Below, piece after piece: positions 31,856 to 40,531 of a stretch of DNA of 64,000 nucleotides (position 1 is the stretch's first letter; each line of letters begins with the position of its first letter). Position numbers and translations under genes: made by a program. A model generated the notes under the pieces. That model saw only the letters and a program-made list of their open reading frames with translations, did no database searches and was not told the DNA's origin. The stretch is from an uncultured Candidatus Bathyarchaeia archaeon (lineage in GTDB: Archaea > Thermoproteota > Bathyarchaeia > 40CM-2-53-6): NCBI GenBank assembly GCA_964649235.1, contig CAZYOZ010000002.1, positions 4,542 to 68,541 on the forward strand, read 5' to 3'.

Positions 31856-32041
31856 CGCGCCAACGCCACAATTCTGATTTCAGGCAGAAACGCGAAATGC
31901 CATTGAATTATTGTGAAACCTTAGTGATCGCATCAGGCTTGTGTTTGAAGCACGAAGCTTGATGTCGAAAACACGGAATTCAGCCTACGAAACTGTGCAA
32001 ATCAAGAAAAGAGACCTAGGAGAAGATAGTGGAAAACGTGT

Positions 32042-32380
32042 TCAGCCGGTCTTCTCCAACTTTATTTCGATTGTTGAAACGTTCCGTGAGTCACCCTCCA
32101 CCCCGATTATCTGAGTGCCAATGCTTACCTCTTTGATTGCGAGTTTTCCTGCGAAGAATCTGCGCCTAACGACTTCGACCACATCTACTGCTGTGCTAAT
32201 TGCACGGCCTCGAGCTTTCACCGTGAGCTCTTGAGCTCCAGACTGAAAGTGCATCATGACGGCGGTTGCATATGCCATGATGGGTTTCTTTCCGATCAGT
32301 ATGGTGTTTGGCGGAATCGGTTCTCTGGTTCTGGCCTCCGGCCTCGGTGCGGGCGAGGGCGGCTTCTCTTCTTGCGACAG
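32042..32380 (-). CDS. albA: Alba (Sac10b-family) chromatin/RNA-binding protein; start proposed at CTG 32380
   Basis: The track ORF (ATG 32278) begins MAYATAVMM...KARGRAISTAVDVVEVVRRRF...VSTIEI. The upstream in-frame NTILIGKKPI is the conserved first beta-strand. No ATG, GTG or TTG is available upstream. GGAGGTG plus 7 nt precedes an in-frame CTG. Confidence 0.8.
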   Translation of the reverse strand: MSQEEKPPSPAPRPEARTREPIPPNTILIGKKPIMAYATAVMMHFQSGAQELTVKARGRAISTAVDVVEVVRRRFFAGKLAIKEVSIGTQIIGVEGDSRNVSTIEIKLEKTG

Positions 32381-32536
32381 CTTCTGTCACCTCCTAGTCG
32401 GACGACGAAAACACTGAAGGCCTTCGAAGAATCGAAACCTCTGCGTCGGCAGGCATATCTCAAGATTCGTATTTGGCGATTTCGGTCATCCTACGCTCAG
32501 GAACGCCTGCGTTCCAAATTCAACAAGACCAACAGG

Positions 32537-33832
32537 TCAGGTTGGGATTACCTTGAATGGAAACATCATGTAGAAGCTTAAGACAACCACTGCCAAGTAG
32601 AATATCATTACCAGTTTCGGCGGATTTTGATCCATAATCATCTCGGCGACCGCCGCGCAAACGGCCGGCGTCGCAGTCAGGAAGTAGAATAGATAGGTCA
32701 CCCGATGCCCGAAAATCGCGGCTGGATAATACGGCAGGTAGGCCACGGCAAACCAGACCAACATGAATAGGCTGAACTGTCGTTTCTCCGTGAAGTAATC
32801 GTAAGCTGAGTAGAGGATCGCAGGTATTGTGAGGTACAGGAGGGCAGGGTTCATAGCGCCGAGGAACGCTATCGAGTCATACTTCGCGTTGCCTGACGTC
32901 ACATTGACCACAAGATAGGGAATCTGAACTTGGTTGATCAACCATTGCCAAGGGCAGCTAATGATGCCGTTGGGGCAGGACGAAGTGAGTGCCGCGGAGT
33001 AGCTTAGGATGAATTGGATGTGGGTTAGAGGGTTCGAATATCCGACCCACAGTCGATCCAGTAGACCAAGAACTGCAACAAATGTGATGATGTAGACAAC
33101 GGCGTATTTCTCAAACCAGGAGAACAACTCGTTCCAACGCTTTCGCTCGGCATGATCCTGTAGGAGGCGAGCAGCATGCACAAGAACGATGATTACTAGC
33201 CCAGCAGCCCCGGTGATCTTCGTCAATGTGCTGAAAGCCATGGCCATTGCGCTGAGGTGATTGTGGCGAGTAAAGTACCAGTAGAATCCCAAGAGCATGA
33301 ACGTCAGAGTGAAGATGTCAAGGGTGGCTATTCGACTGTGTACGAAGGTAAGGTTGTCAAACGAGAACAGGAAAGTCGCGATCAACGGAACCATTCTGTA
33401 GTTTGACATTTTCTTCAACAACAAGTAGAAGATGAGTACTGCCGCGGAACCGAATATGACGCTGGGGATTCGCCACCCGTAGCCGTTGTCGCCAAAGACG
33501 TACAGGGAAAAGGCAATCAGCAGTTTTGCGAGCGGCGGGTGTTCATGGTTAGGGTCCAACCCAGTCACAGCATCGACATAAGGCGGCTTATTGTTGGCGC
33601 CCAAGCTTTGAGGTAGCCCAAGAATGACCCGGGCAACATTCACGTAGTACCATTCATCGAAAATGAGTGAACCCTTAGGCTTGTCTAGCCAAACGAAACG
33701 GAGAACGACGTCCACCACAAAAAGGATCAGAAAGAGCCGGTCATGGAAATTGCTGAAGTTCAGGTCAATGCTCGGCTTGAGGGAACGCGCGGCCGCCTTC
33801 AGATCGACCATCGGTAACTTCGAATTCGGCAC
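32537..33832 (-). CDS. GT-C fold glycosyltransferase (PMT/ArnT-like, dolichyl-phosphate-sugar dependent)
   Basis: 431 aa, multi-TM, with an IFDEWYY loop motif after TM1 and HPPLAKLL. Confidence 0.7.
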   Translation of the reverse strand: MPNSKLPMVDLKAAARSLKPSIDLNFSNFHDRLFLILFVVDVVLRFVWLDKPKGSLIFDEWYYVNVARVILGLPQSLGANNKPPYVDAVTGLDPNHEHPPLAKLLIAFSLYVFGDNGYGWRIPSVIFGSAAVLIFYLLLKKMSNYRMVPLIATFLFSFDNLTFVHSRIATLDIFTLTFMLLGFYWYFTRHNHLSAMAMAFSTLTKITGAAGLVIIVLVHAARLLQDHAERKRWNELFSWFEKYAVVYIITFVAVLGLLDRLWVGYSNPLTHIQFILSYSAALTSSCPNGIISCPWQWLINQVQIPYLVVNVTSGNAKYDSIAFLGAMNPALLYLTIPAILYSAYDYFTEKRQFSLFMLVWFAVAYLPYYPAAIFGHRVTYLFYFLTATPAVCAAVAEMIMDQNPPKLVMIFYLAVVVLSFYMMFPFKVIPT

Positions 33833-33836
33833 CGAC

Positions 33837-35783
33837 TCACATCCTCTCGGTCAATCCTATTCCGATTACTGACATGGCATTTCGTAGTGATATTTGGACG
33901 GCTCTGACCAGCAGTGCCCTCGCCTCTTTGACCGCCTTTTCGGAATGAATCACGTCCACTTTTTCATAATACTCATGGAATTTCTCTGCAAGCGAATTTG
34001 CATGATTTGCCAGCTCTTCGGGCTTAAGCTGGTCTGCCGCTTCGCAAAACGAATCGGGCAATTGTGCAATTTTGAAGATGAGTAACCGTTCCAACGGCTG
34101 GGTTAACAACGAGAAGTCCGCGTCCTTGGGAATCTCGCCGAATTTCTTCAGGATGCTTCCGGCTCTTGTGTAGGCGTAGTTGATGAAGGGCGCACTGTTC
34201 CTCTCTAGGCTCAACACTCTGTCCCAAGTGAAAGTGATGCTCTTTGAGTTGTTCACACTAAGCATAGCGAACTTCACTGCAGCCAGGGAAACTGTCTGAA
34301 CAATTCCATCAAATACTTCCCCTGCGATTTCTCCGCGCCGGTCAGACATGGCTTCCGCGACGCGCGCCCTTGCTTGTTGCAGCACCTCGTCCAACGCGAT
34401 ATATCGCGCACGGCGTTTCGACATCTTCATCCCGGGAAGTTCGACCAAACCATACGCGTAGTGGACCAGATTATCTGCTGCCTTCTTCTCACCCAGCGCA
34501 TAAAGCGCGAGACGTATTTGCAGCTGCGGGAGCGCCTGCTCAGAGCCAATAACATTAATGACTCTGTCGGATTCAGCGAATTTCAGCAGGCTGTAAGCAA
34601 TGTCACGAGTTGGGTATAGGGTCGTCCCATCGCTTCGAACTAACGTCAGCGGTGGGACCTCATAATTAGCGGAAAGTCCAAGTGCGCCACGCAGAGAGTA
34701 TGCCTCAACAATTGCGTTAGCGTCAAGCGTGGCAGATGATCCTACTGTGCGGATGAAAGGCAGTTTCGATAGTTTGTGGAGAACATTCTCAACTCGCCCA
34801 TCCCAGATTACTTGGCTTTCCCAATCCCAGACATCGAACTCAATCCCCATTTGCGAAAGTGTCTCCTTCATGCCTTCCAGACAGAGGTCGGATACCTCGC
34901 GGACCAGACCGACAGCTTCCTTGTCGCCTGCCTCGTACTTCCTGCCGAGTTCTTGGACAGCTTCTTCCGGATCCGGCTCAGCTTTCACGGCATCAACCAC
35001 CTGAGAAAACAGAGCCTTATCCAATGTTTCGAGGTCGGCAGCTATGCCAACCCATTCATCTAGGTTGCGCTGCAGTGTTCCACGTTTCTCGTCATCATAT
35101 TCTGTACCGAGCTCATTCAATTTCCTCTTGGTTGCTTCTATCTCCACTGCAGTGTTCGTGCATGCATAGAGTAGCCCAAGCCAGTGGTCCGCTTTCCCCT
35201 TGGGCCTAGGCCTGCCTAGGAGCCTGTAACCATAAGCCAGGATCGAAACTTGCCTCCCAACATCATCGATGTAGAATCGTCTCTTGACTGAATGACCCCG
35301 GGCTGAGAGAAGCCTGGCCAAAGCGTCGCCCAGGATAGCGTTGCGCGCATGGCCCATTGTGAGTGGCCCACTTGGGTTGGCGCTTGTATGCTCAACGGCG
35401 GTGGAAACCGGTTGCTCCGTTTTTTCGATCCCGTAAGATGCATCCTGGCTGAGCGCCGCCTTCAGAATTGAGCGGCCAGCGGTCCTGTAGTCCAGCCTGA
35501 AGTTCACGTACCCTGCGACTGCTTCCACCTTCGCTATGTTGGAATTTTCTGTCACGTGCACTGCCGTTGCGATTTTTTCGGCGACCTCCTGAGGCTGCAG
35601 TCTTTCTTTCCCAGCGATGTCGTAGGCTATCGATGAGGCCAGTTCGCCAAACTTGATATCGGGTGGCACGATCGGCCGTGGGATCTTATCGACCCAATCT
35701 GGAAATGTAAGCTGTAATGCTGAGCGCAGACTCTGCAGGCACTGCTTCCGGAATTGTTCGAGAGTATTCACCAAAGTAACCAA
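33837..35783 (-). CDS. argS: Arginyl-tRNA synthetase
   Basis: 648 aa with a HIGH-type ANPSGPLTMGHARN motif and a MSKRR (KMSK-like) motif. The start is TTG. Confidence 0.9.
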   Translation of the reverse strand: MVTLVNTLEQFRKQCLQSLRSALQLTFPDWVDKIPRPIVPPDIKFGELASSIAYDIAGKERLQPQEVAEKIATAVHVTENSNIAKVEAVAGYVNFRLDYRTAGRSILKAALSQDASYGIEKTEQPVSTAVEHTSANPSGPLTMGHARNAILGDALARLLSARGHSVKRRFYIDDVGRQVSILAYGYRLLGRPRPKGKADHWLGLLYACTNTAVEIEATKRKLNELGTEYDDEKRGTLQRNLDEWVGIAADLETLDKALFSQVVDAVKAEPDPEEAVQELGRKYEAGDKEAVGLVREVSDLCLEGMKETLSQMGIEFDVWDWESQVIWDGRVENVLHKLSKLPFIRTVGSSATLDANAIVEAYSLRGALGLSANYEVPPLTLVRSDGTTLYPTRDIAYSLLKFAESDRVINVIGSEQALPQLQIRLALYALGEKKAADNLVHYAYGLVELPGMKMSKRRARYIALDEVLQQARARVAEAMSDRRGEIAGEVFDGIVQTVSLAAVKFAMLSVNNSKSITFTWDRVLSLERNSAPFINYAYTRAGSILKKFGEIPKDADFSLLTQPLERLLIFKIAQLPDSFCEAADQLKPEELANHANSLAEKFHEYYEKVDVIHSEKAVKEARALLVRAVQISLRNAMSVIGIGLTERM

Positions 35784-35897
35784 ATGCCCGGCTGCAGAGT
35801 AGTAGGGTTATGGCGCGTAACCTGAAGCTTCCTTAAAATGATTGGTTCGACGCGGAATCTTGGCCTAGCTGGCAGGTCCAGTTGTTTGAGTCCATCC

Positions 35898-35905
35898 TTA
35901 TACAT
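35898..35905 (+). promoter_or_regulatory. TATA-like box upstream of tRNA-Arg
   Basis: TTATACAT lies about 30 nt upstream of the tRNA 5' end. Confidence 0.3.
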
Positions 35906-35934
35906 CAATGCATGCTCATTGTCGCATCTGTCGC

Positions 35935-36012
35935 GGGCGGGTAGCCTAGTCAGGATAGGGCACAGGCCTCCGGAGCCTGCGGTCGGGGGTTCGAATCCCT
36001 CCCCGCCCGCCA
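35935..36012 (+). tRNA. tRNA-Arg (anticodon CCG) with encoded CCA
   Basis: Manual fold: acceptor GGGCGGG/CCCGCCC; U8; D arm GCCT...GGGC; anticodon stem CAGGC/GCCTG with loop CTCCGGA; T arm GGGGG-TTCGAAT-CCCTC; discriminator G followed by CCA. Confidence 0.9.
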
Positions 36013-36072
36013 CCAGCGACTGGTTTGTTGTTCTCAGATGGATCTGCGAGAAATTCAAGCCGAGGGCTACTC

Positions 36073-36282
36073 TTGACCAACCCGCGTAAACCTGGCGTCA
36101 TTCTACGGTTCTGCAGGTATCAAGTCGAGGGGTTAGATCGACTGGCAGACTATTCGGGTCTGCCTAGAAGCAGCATCGTAAACATAGCACTCGAAAGGTG
36201 CCTGCTTTCTGACATCGGTCATTTTTGTTACGGTACATCAAACGGACTGAAACGCCGGCCAGAAAGAAGACTTAACTATTGA
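36073..36282 (+). CDS. Possible ribbon-helix-helix (CopG-like) small protein
   Basis: VILRFCRYQVEGLDRLADYSGLPRSSIVNIALERCLL fits a strand-helix-helix pattern. The start is uncertain (TTG at 36073 or TTG at 36025). Confidence 0.3.
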   Translation: MTNPRKPGVILRFCRYQVEGLDRLADYSGLPRSSIVNIALERCLLSDIGHFCYGTSNGLKRRPERRLNY

Positions 36283-36308
36283 TTGCCGTCGTTCGGCTCG
36301 GATAGCTC

Positions 36309-37334
36309 TTGGCTCGTACTGTGGCTTTGATTCGAGGAGACGGCACTGGGCCTGAGCTGATTGACGCCACGTTGAAGGTGTTAAAGGCCGTAGGGGCAGC
36401 AGCGAATTTTGTCACTTGCGATGCCGGCTATGAATGGTGGCAGGCGCACGGTGGGCCTTCGCTAATCCCTGAAGCGAGCTGGAAGATCATAGAGTCTGCA
36501 GACGCATGCCTGAAGGGCCCGACCACAACACCGGTGGGACCCGGAACTCCGCGTAGCGTCGCCGTAACTATAAGGCAAGGGATGAATCTCTACGCCAACA
36601 TTCGTCCAATCAAGACCTTCGCGGGAACCAAGCGCCCACTCGGCGACGTCGAACTCGTCTGCGTCCGTGAAGCGACGGAGGGACTCTACTCGGGAATAGA
36701 ACATCGGCTCTCGAACGATGTGGCCATCGCGTTTCGAAAAATCAGTCGCCAGCAAAGCGAGAAGGTGGCCAGAACGGCGTTCGAGGAGGCAAAGCGGAGG
36801 GGGTGGAGCAGGGCGTTCGCTATCACGAAGCAAAATATCTTGAAGGAAACAGACGGGCTGTTCATGGAGGCCGTCCGAAGCATTCACAGGAATTATTCTG
36901 AGATTAGTCTTGAGGAATATTTCATCGATAACTTCGCGCAGCAGTTGATCAAGAACCCTCAGCGGTTTAATCAAAGCGTAGTATTCGGGACGAATCTTTT
37001 CATGGATGTCATTTCAGAGGAAGTATCTGCGCTAGTGGCCAGCATAGGCTGCATCTACTCTGCCAATTTTGGTGATGACTATGCAATGTTCGAACCTGCC
37101 CATGGTAGCGCCCCACAGTACAAGGGGCAAGACAAGGTGAACCCAACGGCAACGGTCCTTGCCGGAGCTTGGTTACTGGAATATCTTGGCGAGAAGAGGA
37201 AAGCCCAGGCCATATTCAAAGCGACGGAAGAAGTGATTGCCGAAGGGAAGAAGGTGACGTATGACCTGGGAGGAGACGCTGGGCTTTCCGAAATGGCCTC
37301 AGCCATCGCCGAACGCGCAGGCAAGACCCTGTGA
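36309..37334 (+). CDS. Isocitrate/isopropylmalate dehydrogenase family enzyme (isocitrate-dehydrogenase-like motifs)
   Basis: 341 aa with IRGDGTGPELI and LKGPTTTPVGPGTPRSVAVTIRQGMNLYANIRP motifs. Confidence 0.8.
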   Translation: MARTVALIRGDGTGPELIDATLKVLKAVGAAANFVTCDAGYEWWQAHGGPSLIPEASWKIIESADACLKGPTTTPVGPGTPRSVAVTIRQGMNLYANIRPIKTFAGTKRPLGDVELVCVREATEGLYSGIEHRLSNDVAIAFRKISRQQSEKVARTAFEEAKRRGWSRAFAITKQNILKETDGLFMEAVRSIHRNYSEISLEEYFIDNFAQQLIKNPQRFNQSVVFGTNLFMDVISEEVSALVASIGCIYSANFGDDYAMFEPAHGSAPQYKGQDKVNPTATVLAGAWLLEYLGEKRKAQAIFKATEEVIAEGKKVTYDLGGDAGLSEMASAIAERAGKTL

Positions 37335-37399
37335 CAGCTTAATGACATCAGTCCGAACGGGTATCGCGTTCGGAATTAGAGGCTTTTCTCATTGCTGAC

Positions 37400-37717
37400 A
37401 TGGGAATCGTTCACCAAATGCTTAGGCTCCATGGAGTTCTTTTTTCAAACTACTTCGAATATGGTGTCCTGCTGATCAGCGCGGTCTTTGCCGTCAAATC
37501 CTTGCTGAGCCGAAACTGGTCCTTCAAGGACGGTCAAATTCGAAGCGGCATACTGATTGGGGTGGGCGCGACACTGTTCCTGGACGTAATTCTTGTAGAT
37601 GAGCTTCTCAGACTCCATGCAGTAAATTACCCTGCATCCCTCAACTTTGGAACAGGTCTTACTGGTCTTGTGCTGGCCGTGGCGGGCATCTTTTCGTGGT
37701 TAGCTAGAGAAGGATGA
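37400..37717 (+). CDS. Small membrane protein (about 3 TM), function unknown
   Basis: 105 aa with a hydrophobic helix pattern only. Confidence 0.4.
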   Translation: MGIVHQMLRLHGVLFSNYFEYGVLLISAVFAVKSLLSRNWSFKDGQIRSGILIGVGATLFLDVILVDELLRLHAVNYPASLNFGTGLTGLVLAVAGIFSWLAREG

Positions 37718-37735
37718 AAATCTCGGCCCTATGAA

Positions 37736-39016
37736 TCAGAGCGTTCCTCCAAAGATTAGGTAAAGGAGAACCACGTTCAGCGAAAGTATGAACGCGATGA
37801 AGATTCCCGCGATGATTGTTGTTAGTCTCCTGTTTACGAAAGGGCCCATTAGATTCGAGTCCTTACTGAACTTCCACAGTGGAAGCAGAGGAAGTGGCAG
37901 CATCAGGCTTAGTGCCACTTGGCTGTAGACTAGCATGAGCAGTGGGTCGATGCCTATCAGGATGGCTATGCTGGTCGGGACCACGTTAATGAGACGTGTA
38001 ACGATCCGCCTAGCCCAAAGATTTGTTTTTCTTCCCAGCATCCCATCCATAATCGCCTGACCCGCGAGCGTACCAGTCGTCGAGGAAGAGAGTCCAGACG
38101 CAAGCAGCGTCAAGCCGAATATCACGGCTGCGGCCCGTCCAAAGAGCGGCTCCAATGTCAAGTATGCGTCTTCAATGGTCGCGACTTGAATTCCCTGAGA
38201 ACCAAAGGCAGAGGCAGCCATCGTCATAATTGCAGCATTCACAAGGCCCGCGAACGTGAACATGATAATGCTCTCCGCCCTGTGGAAGCGCATCACGGCC
38301 CGCTTGGCATCCAGGCTTGGGTCGAGTATCTTATCATTGGCCAGAGCCGAATGGACAAAGAGTGCATGCGGCATGACAGTGGCGCCAATGACACCCACCG
38401 CCAACAGAATCATCTCGTTCGACTCCAGCTGCGGAGTAACAGAGCCGACCAGGAAGTCGGGTAGGTGGGGGCCGGTGACGAGGATTTCATAGACGTAGCC
38501 AAGCCCTATCGTGGATACGAAGCCCATGAAGAGATATTCCAGTCTACGAACTCTTCCGCCGGTCACTCCCAGAATAAGCAGAACGTCGAGCACCGAAAGG
38601 AAGGTTCCGTAGAGCAACGGGATTCCGAAGAGAAGGTATAGGGCGAGCACTGTGCCCAAGAACTCTGCAAGGTCAGTCATAGCCGCGGCTACTTCAGAGC
38701 CGAGCCAGTAGGGTATGACGTAGATGCGCTTCTTCAAATGTAGGCGAATGAGTTCGGGAAGCGAATGGCCTGTAGCAATGCCAAGCTTACCGGAGAGATA
38801 CTGCAGTAGCATGGCCATGACCCCCGCCAGCCAGACAACCCAAAGCATGCCGTACCCGAAGGAAGCGCCCGCGCTAATGTCTGTGCCGTAGTTGCCTGGG
38901 TCAATGTAGGCGACGCTTACTATTAGTGCCGGCCCGAAATAGGCTGCGAACTGATGCCAGAAACCTTTCTGGTTTCTCGAGTATAGTGCATGCTCTGCAG
39001 TGGCGGTTTCTTTCAT
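37736..39016 (-). CDS. mntH: Nramp-family divalent metal (Mn2+/Fe2+) transporter
   Basis: 426 aa with 11-12 TM helices and the DPGNYGTDI motif. Confidence 0.88.
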   Translation of the reverse strand: MKETATAEHALYSRNQKGFWHQFAAYFGPALIVSVAYIDPGNYGTDISAGASFGYGMLWVVWLAGVMAMLLQYLSGKLGIATGHSLPELIRLHLKKRIYVIPYWLGSEVAAAMTDLAEFLGTVLALYLLFGIPLLYGTFLSVLDVLLILGVTGGRVRRLEYLFMGFVSTIGLGYVYEILVTGPHLPDFLVGSVTPQLESNEMILLAVGVIGATVMPHALFVHSALANDKILDPSLDAKRAVMRFHRAESIIMFTFAGLVNAAIMTMAASAFGSQGIQVATIEDAYLTLEPLFGRAAAVIFGLTLLASGLSSSTTGTLAGQAIMDGMLGRKTNLWARRIVTRLINVVPTSIAILIGIDPLLMLVYSQVALSLMLPLPLLPLWKFSKDSNLMGPFVNRRLTTIIAGIFIAFILSLNVVLLYLIFGGTL

Positions 39017-39144
39017 ATCATACGCCCTCGCACTAAACCAGAGGCCTGTGAGGGCCTTTGTTCCGGGTGGTAGGTTTCGTTGGAAAAGTTAGAGGTATCT
39101 AATAAAGCTAGATAAATCGAACCATCGAGTCCGAAATCTCGATG

Positions 39145-39711
39145 CTAATGATCCTCGTTTAGGCTTCGCTCGAAGGTTCTGAACCAATCAGGGTTCTTTC
39201 CGACAAAATTGACAAACTTCGTTATACGGTCGATGGTTAGCGGATGGACGTGGTGTTCGATGCCTTCGGCGTCGGAGTTAGCAGTGTCTTCGTTAACGCC
39301 CAGGATTCGCAGGAACTTTGCGATCACCAGATGTCGGTCCTTGACTGAGCGCGCCAACCGTTCTCCCTTGGTCGTTAACGTGATGCCCCGATACCGCTCA
39401 TACACAACGAACCCCATTCGATGTAGCCTCTGAAGCATGCTCGTCACGCTTGGAGATTTCACACCGAGGTAATTCGAGATGTCCACCGAACGGGCGTAGC
39501 CCTTTTCCTGCATCAATTCATAGATGACTTCCAGATAATCTTCCACGCCTGTGCTCAAGCTTGGAAGAGGCTGGGCCCTAGCCTGCTTCAGCCTTGAAAG
39601 GATGTAGCTGCTCGGCTTGGTTCCAGCATTCATGGGCAAATCGGTGGACATGTTGGAAATCCAAGTAATACATATTTGGTGCCCTTTCCTTAATCGAGAC
39701 CCGACGACCAT
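39145..39711 (-). CDS. DtxR/MntR-family metal-dependent transcriptional repressor
   Basis: It carries VEDYLEVIYELMQEKGYARSVDISNYLGVKSPSVTSMLQRL and a metal-binding helical domain. The start may be the ATG at 39651. Confidence 0.85.
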   Translation of the reverse strand: MVVGSRLRKGHQICITWISNMSTDLPMNAGTKPSSYILSRLKQARAQPLPSLSTGVEDYLEVIYELMQEKGYARSVDISNYLGVKSPSVTSMLQRLHRMGFVVYERYRGITLTTKGERLARSVKDRHLVIAKFLRILGVNEDTANSDAEGIEHHVHPLTIDRITKFVNFVGKNPDWFRTFERSLNEDH

Positions 39712-39907
39712 GGCCCAGGTTCAGAAGCAGGAATACTCCGAGGACGAGATAGAGGAAATTATGGACATGCAAGCCCCCCGCGAATTCCTGTCTGCTAGGG
39801 AGCTCCGAGAGGCCATTAGAGAGAACCCGCTATTGTTCGCCGGCTTGGCCTTCGCTCTAGGACTCCTCATAGGCGTATCATTCTGCTCAGGGCGAAAGTC
39901 CCGATAG
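39710..39907 (+). CDS. DUF883/ElaB-YqjD-like tail-anchored protein
   Basis: 65 aa counted from the internal ATG (MAQVQKQEY...). The C-terminus is ENPLLFAGLAFALGLLIGV, a TM anchor. Confidence 0.5.
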   Translation: MAQVQKQEYSEDEIEEIMDMQAPREFLSARELREAIRENPLLFAGLAFALGLLIGVSFCSGRKSR

Positions 39908-39919
39908 TCGCGCAAACCC

Positions 39920-40207
39920 GTGCATCTCACGGTTAGTCTTATTATTCCCGCACTTGCAGCTACCTTTTGGCGTGCAATTTTGTCGAAAGAGAGAGACAAG
40001 GAGCTTCGCGAGATTAAGAGTGTCGAGCTAGATCTCAAGGATCTTCGGAAAGACATGGACAAACGGCTTGTTGACCTCAGGGAACAGGTCAAAGACATTC
40101 AGAAAAGGACCGCGAAGAAGGTTGCTGAAAAGCCTCTCTTGGCCCTGGGCGTCGCTTTCGTAGCAGGAATGGCGCTAGGTATAGCCCTAGCTCGGTCAAA
40201 GGACTAG
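39920..40207 (+). CDS. DUF883/ElaB-YqjD-like tail-anchored coiled-coil protein
   Basis: The C-terminus is AEKPLLALGVAFVAGMALGIALA. The probable true start is the TTG at 39980 (MSKERDKELREIK). Confidence 0.5.
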   Translation: MHLTVSLIIPALAATFWRAILSKERDKELREIKSVELDLKDLRKDMDKRLVDLREQVKDIQKRTAKKVAEKPLLALGVAFVAGMALGIALARSKD

Positions 40208-40217
40208 GCTCTCAGCG

Positions 40218-40517
40218 TTGTCTGAACGCGAAAAACGCTCCGTCGTTGAAAAGCTGGCTGAGACTGCACTGCAACGGCTCGCCGGAGGCGTCAGGAAGTC
40301 GGTTGAGCGTTTTGTGAAACGCATGGTGAAGCTAATCACACTAGCCATTGCGGGTACAGTGATCGCGCTTCTCGGCTTGGGATTCTTGGCAGTTGGCGTG
40401 GTCAAATGGTTCTCAACGCTCATGCCTAGCTGGCTGGCTTGGCTAGTAGTCGGCCTCGTGCTGCTCCTCTTGGGCCTAGTAGTTACGCTGTTCACTCTTG
40501 TGAGTTCCCGAAGCTGA
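40218..40517 (+). CDS. YqjE/'holin-X'-like two-TM membrane protein
   Basis: 99 aa with an amphipathic N-terminus and two long TM helices. Confidence 0.45.
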   Translation: MSEREKRSVVEKLAETALQRLAGGVRKSVERFVKRMVKLITLAIAGTVIALLGLGFLAVGVVKWFSTLMPSWLAWLVVGLVLLLLGLVVTLFTLVSSRS

Positions 40518-40531
40518 CCATTGATAGACCT

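Noticed and set aside
32196-32390. The 64-aa ORF starting at GTG 32390 as the real Alba N-terminus joined by a frameshift.
   Set aside because: That GTG is part of the GGAGGTG Shine-Dalgarno sequence. Its frame encodes Arg/Ala-rich low-complexity sequence that is unlike Alba. The Alba frame itself is conserved upstream.
32500-32515. The palindrome GGAACGC-CT-GCGTTCC after the glycosyltransferase gene as a terminator or operator.
   Set aside because: The loop is only 2 nt, so the effective stem is short. No T-tract is adjacent. The evidence is too weak to list as a feature.
35768-36089. ORFs 35768-36058 (-) and 35838-36089 (+).
   Set aside because: They overlap the clearly folding tRNA-Arg(CCG) and its promoter and have no protein-like features.
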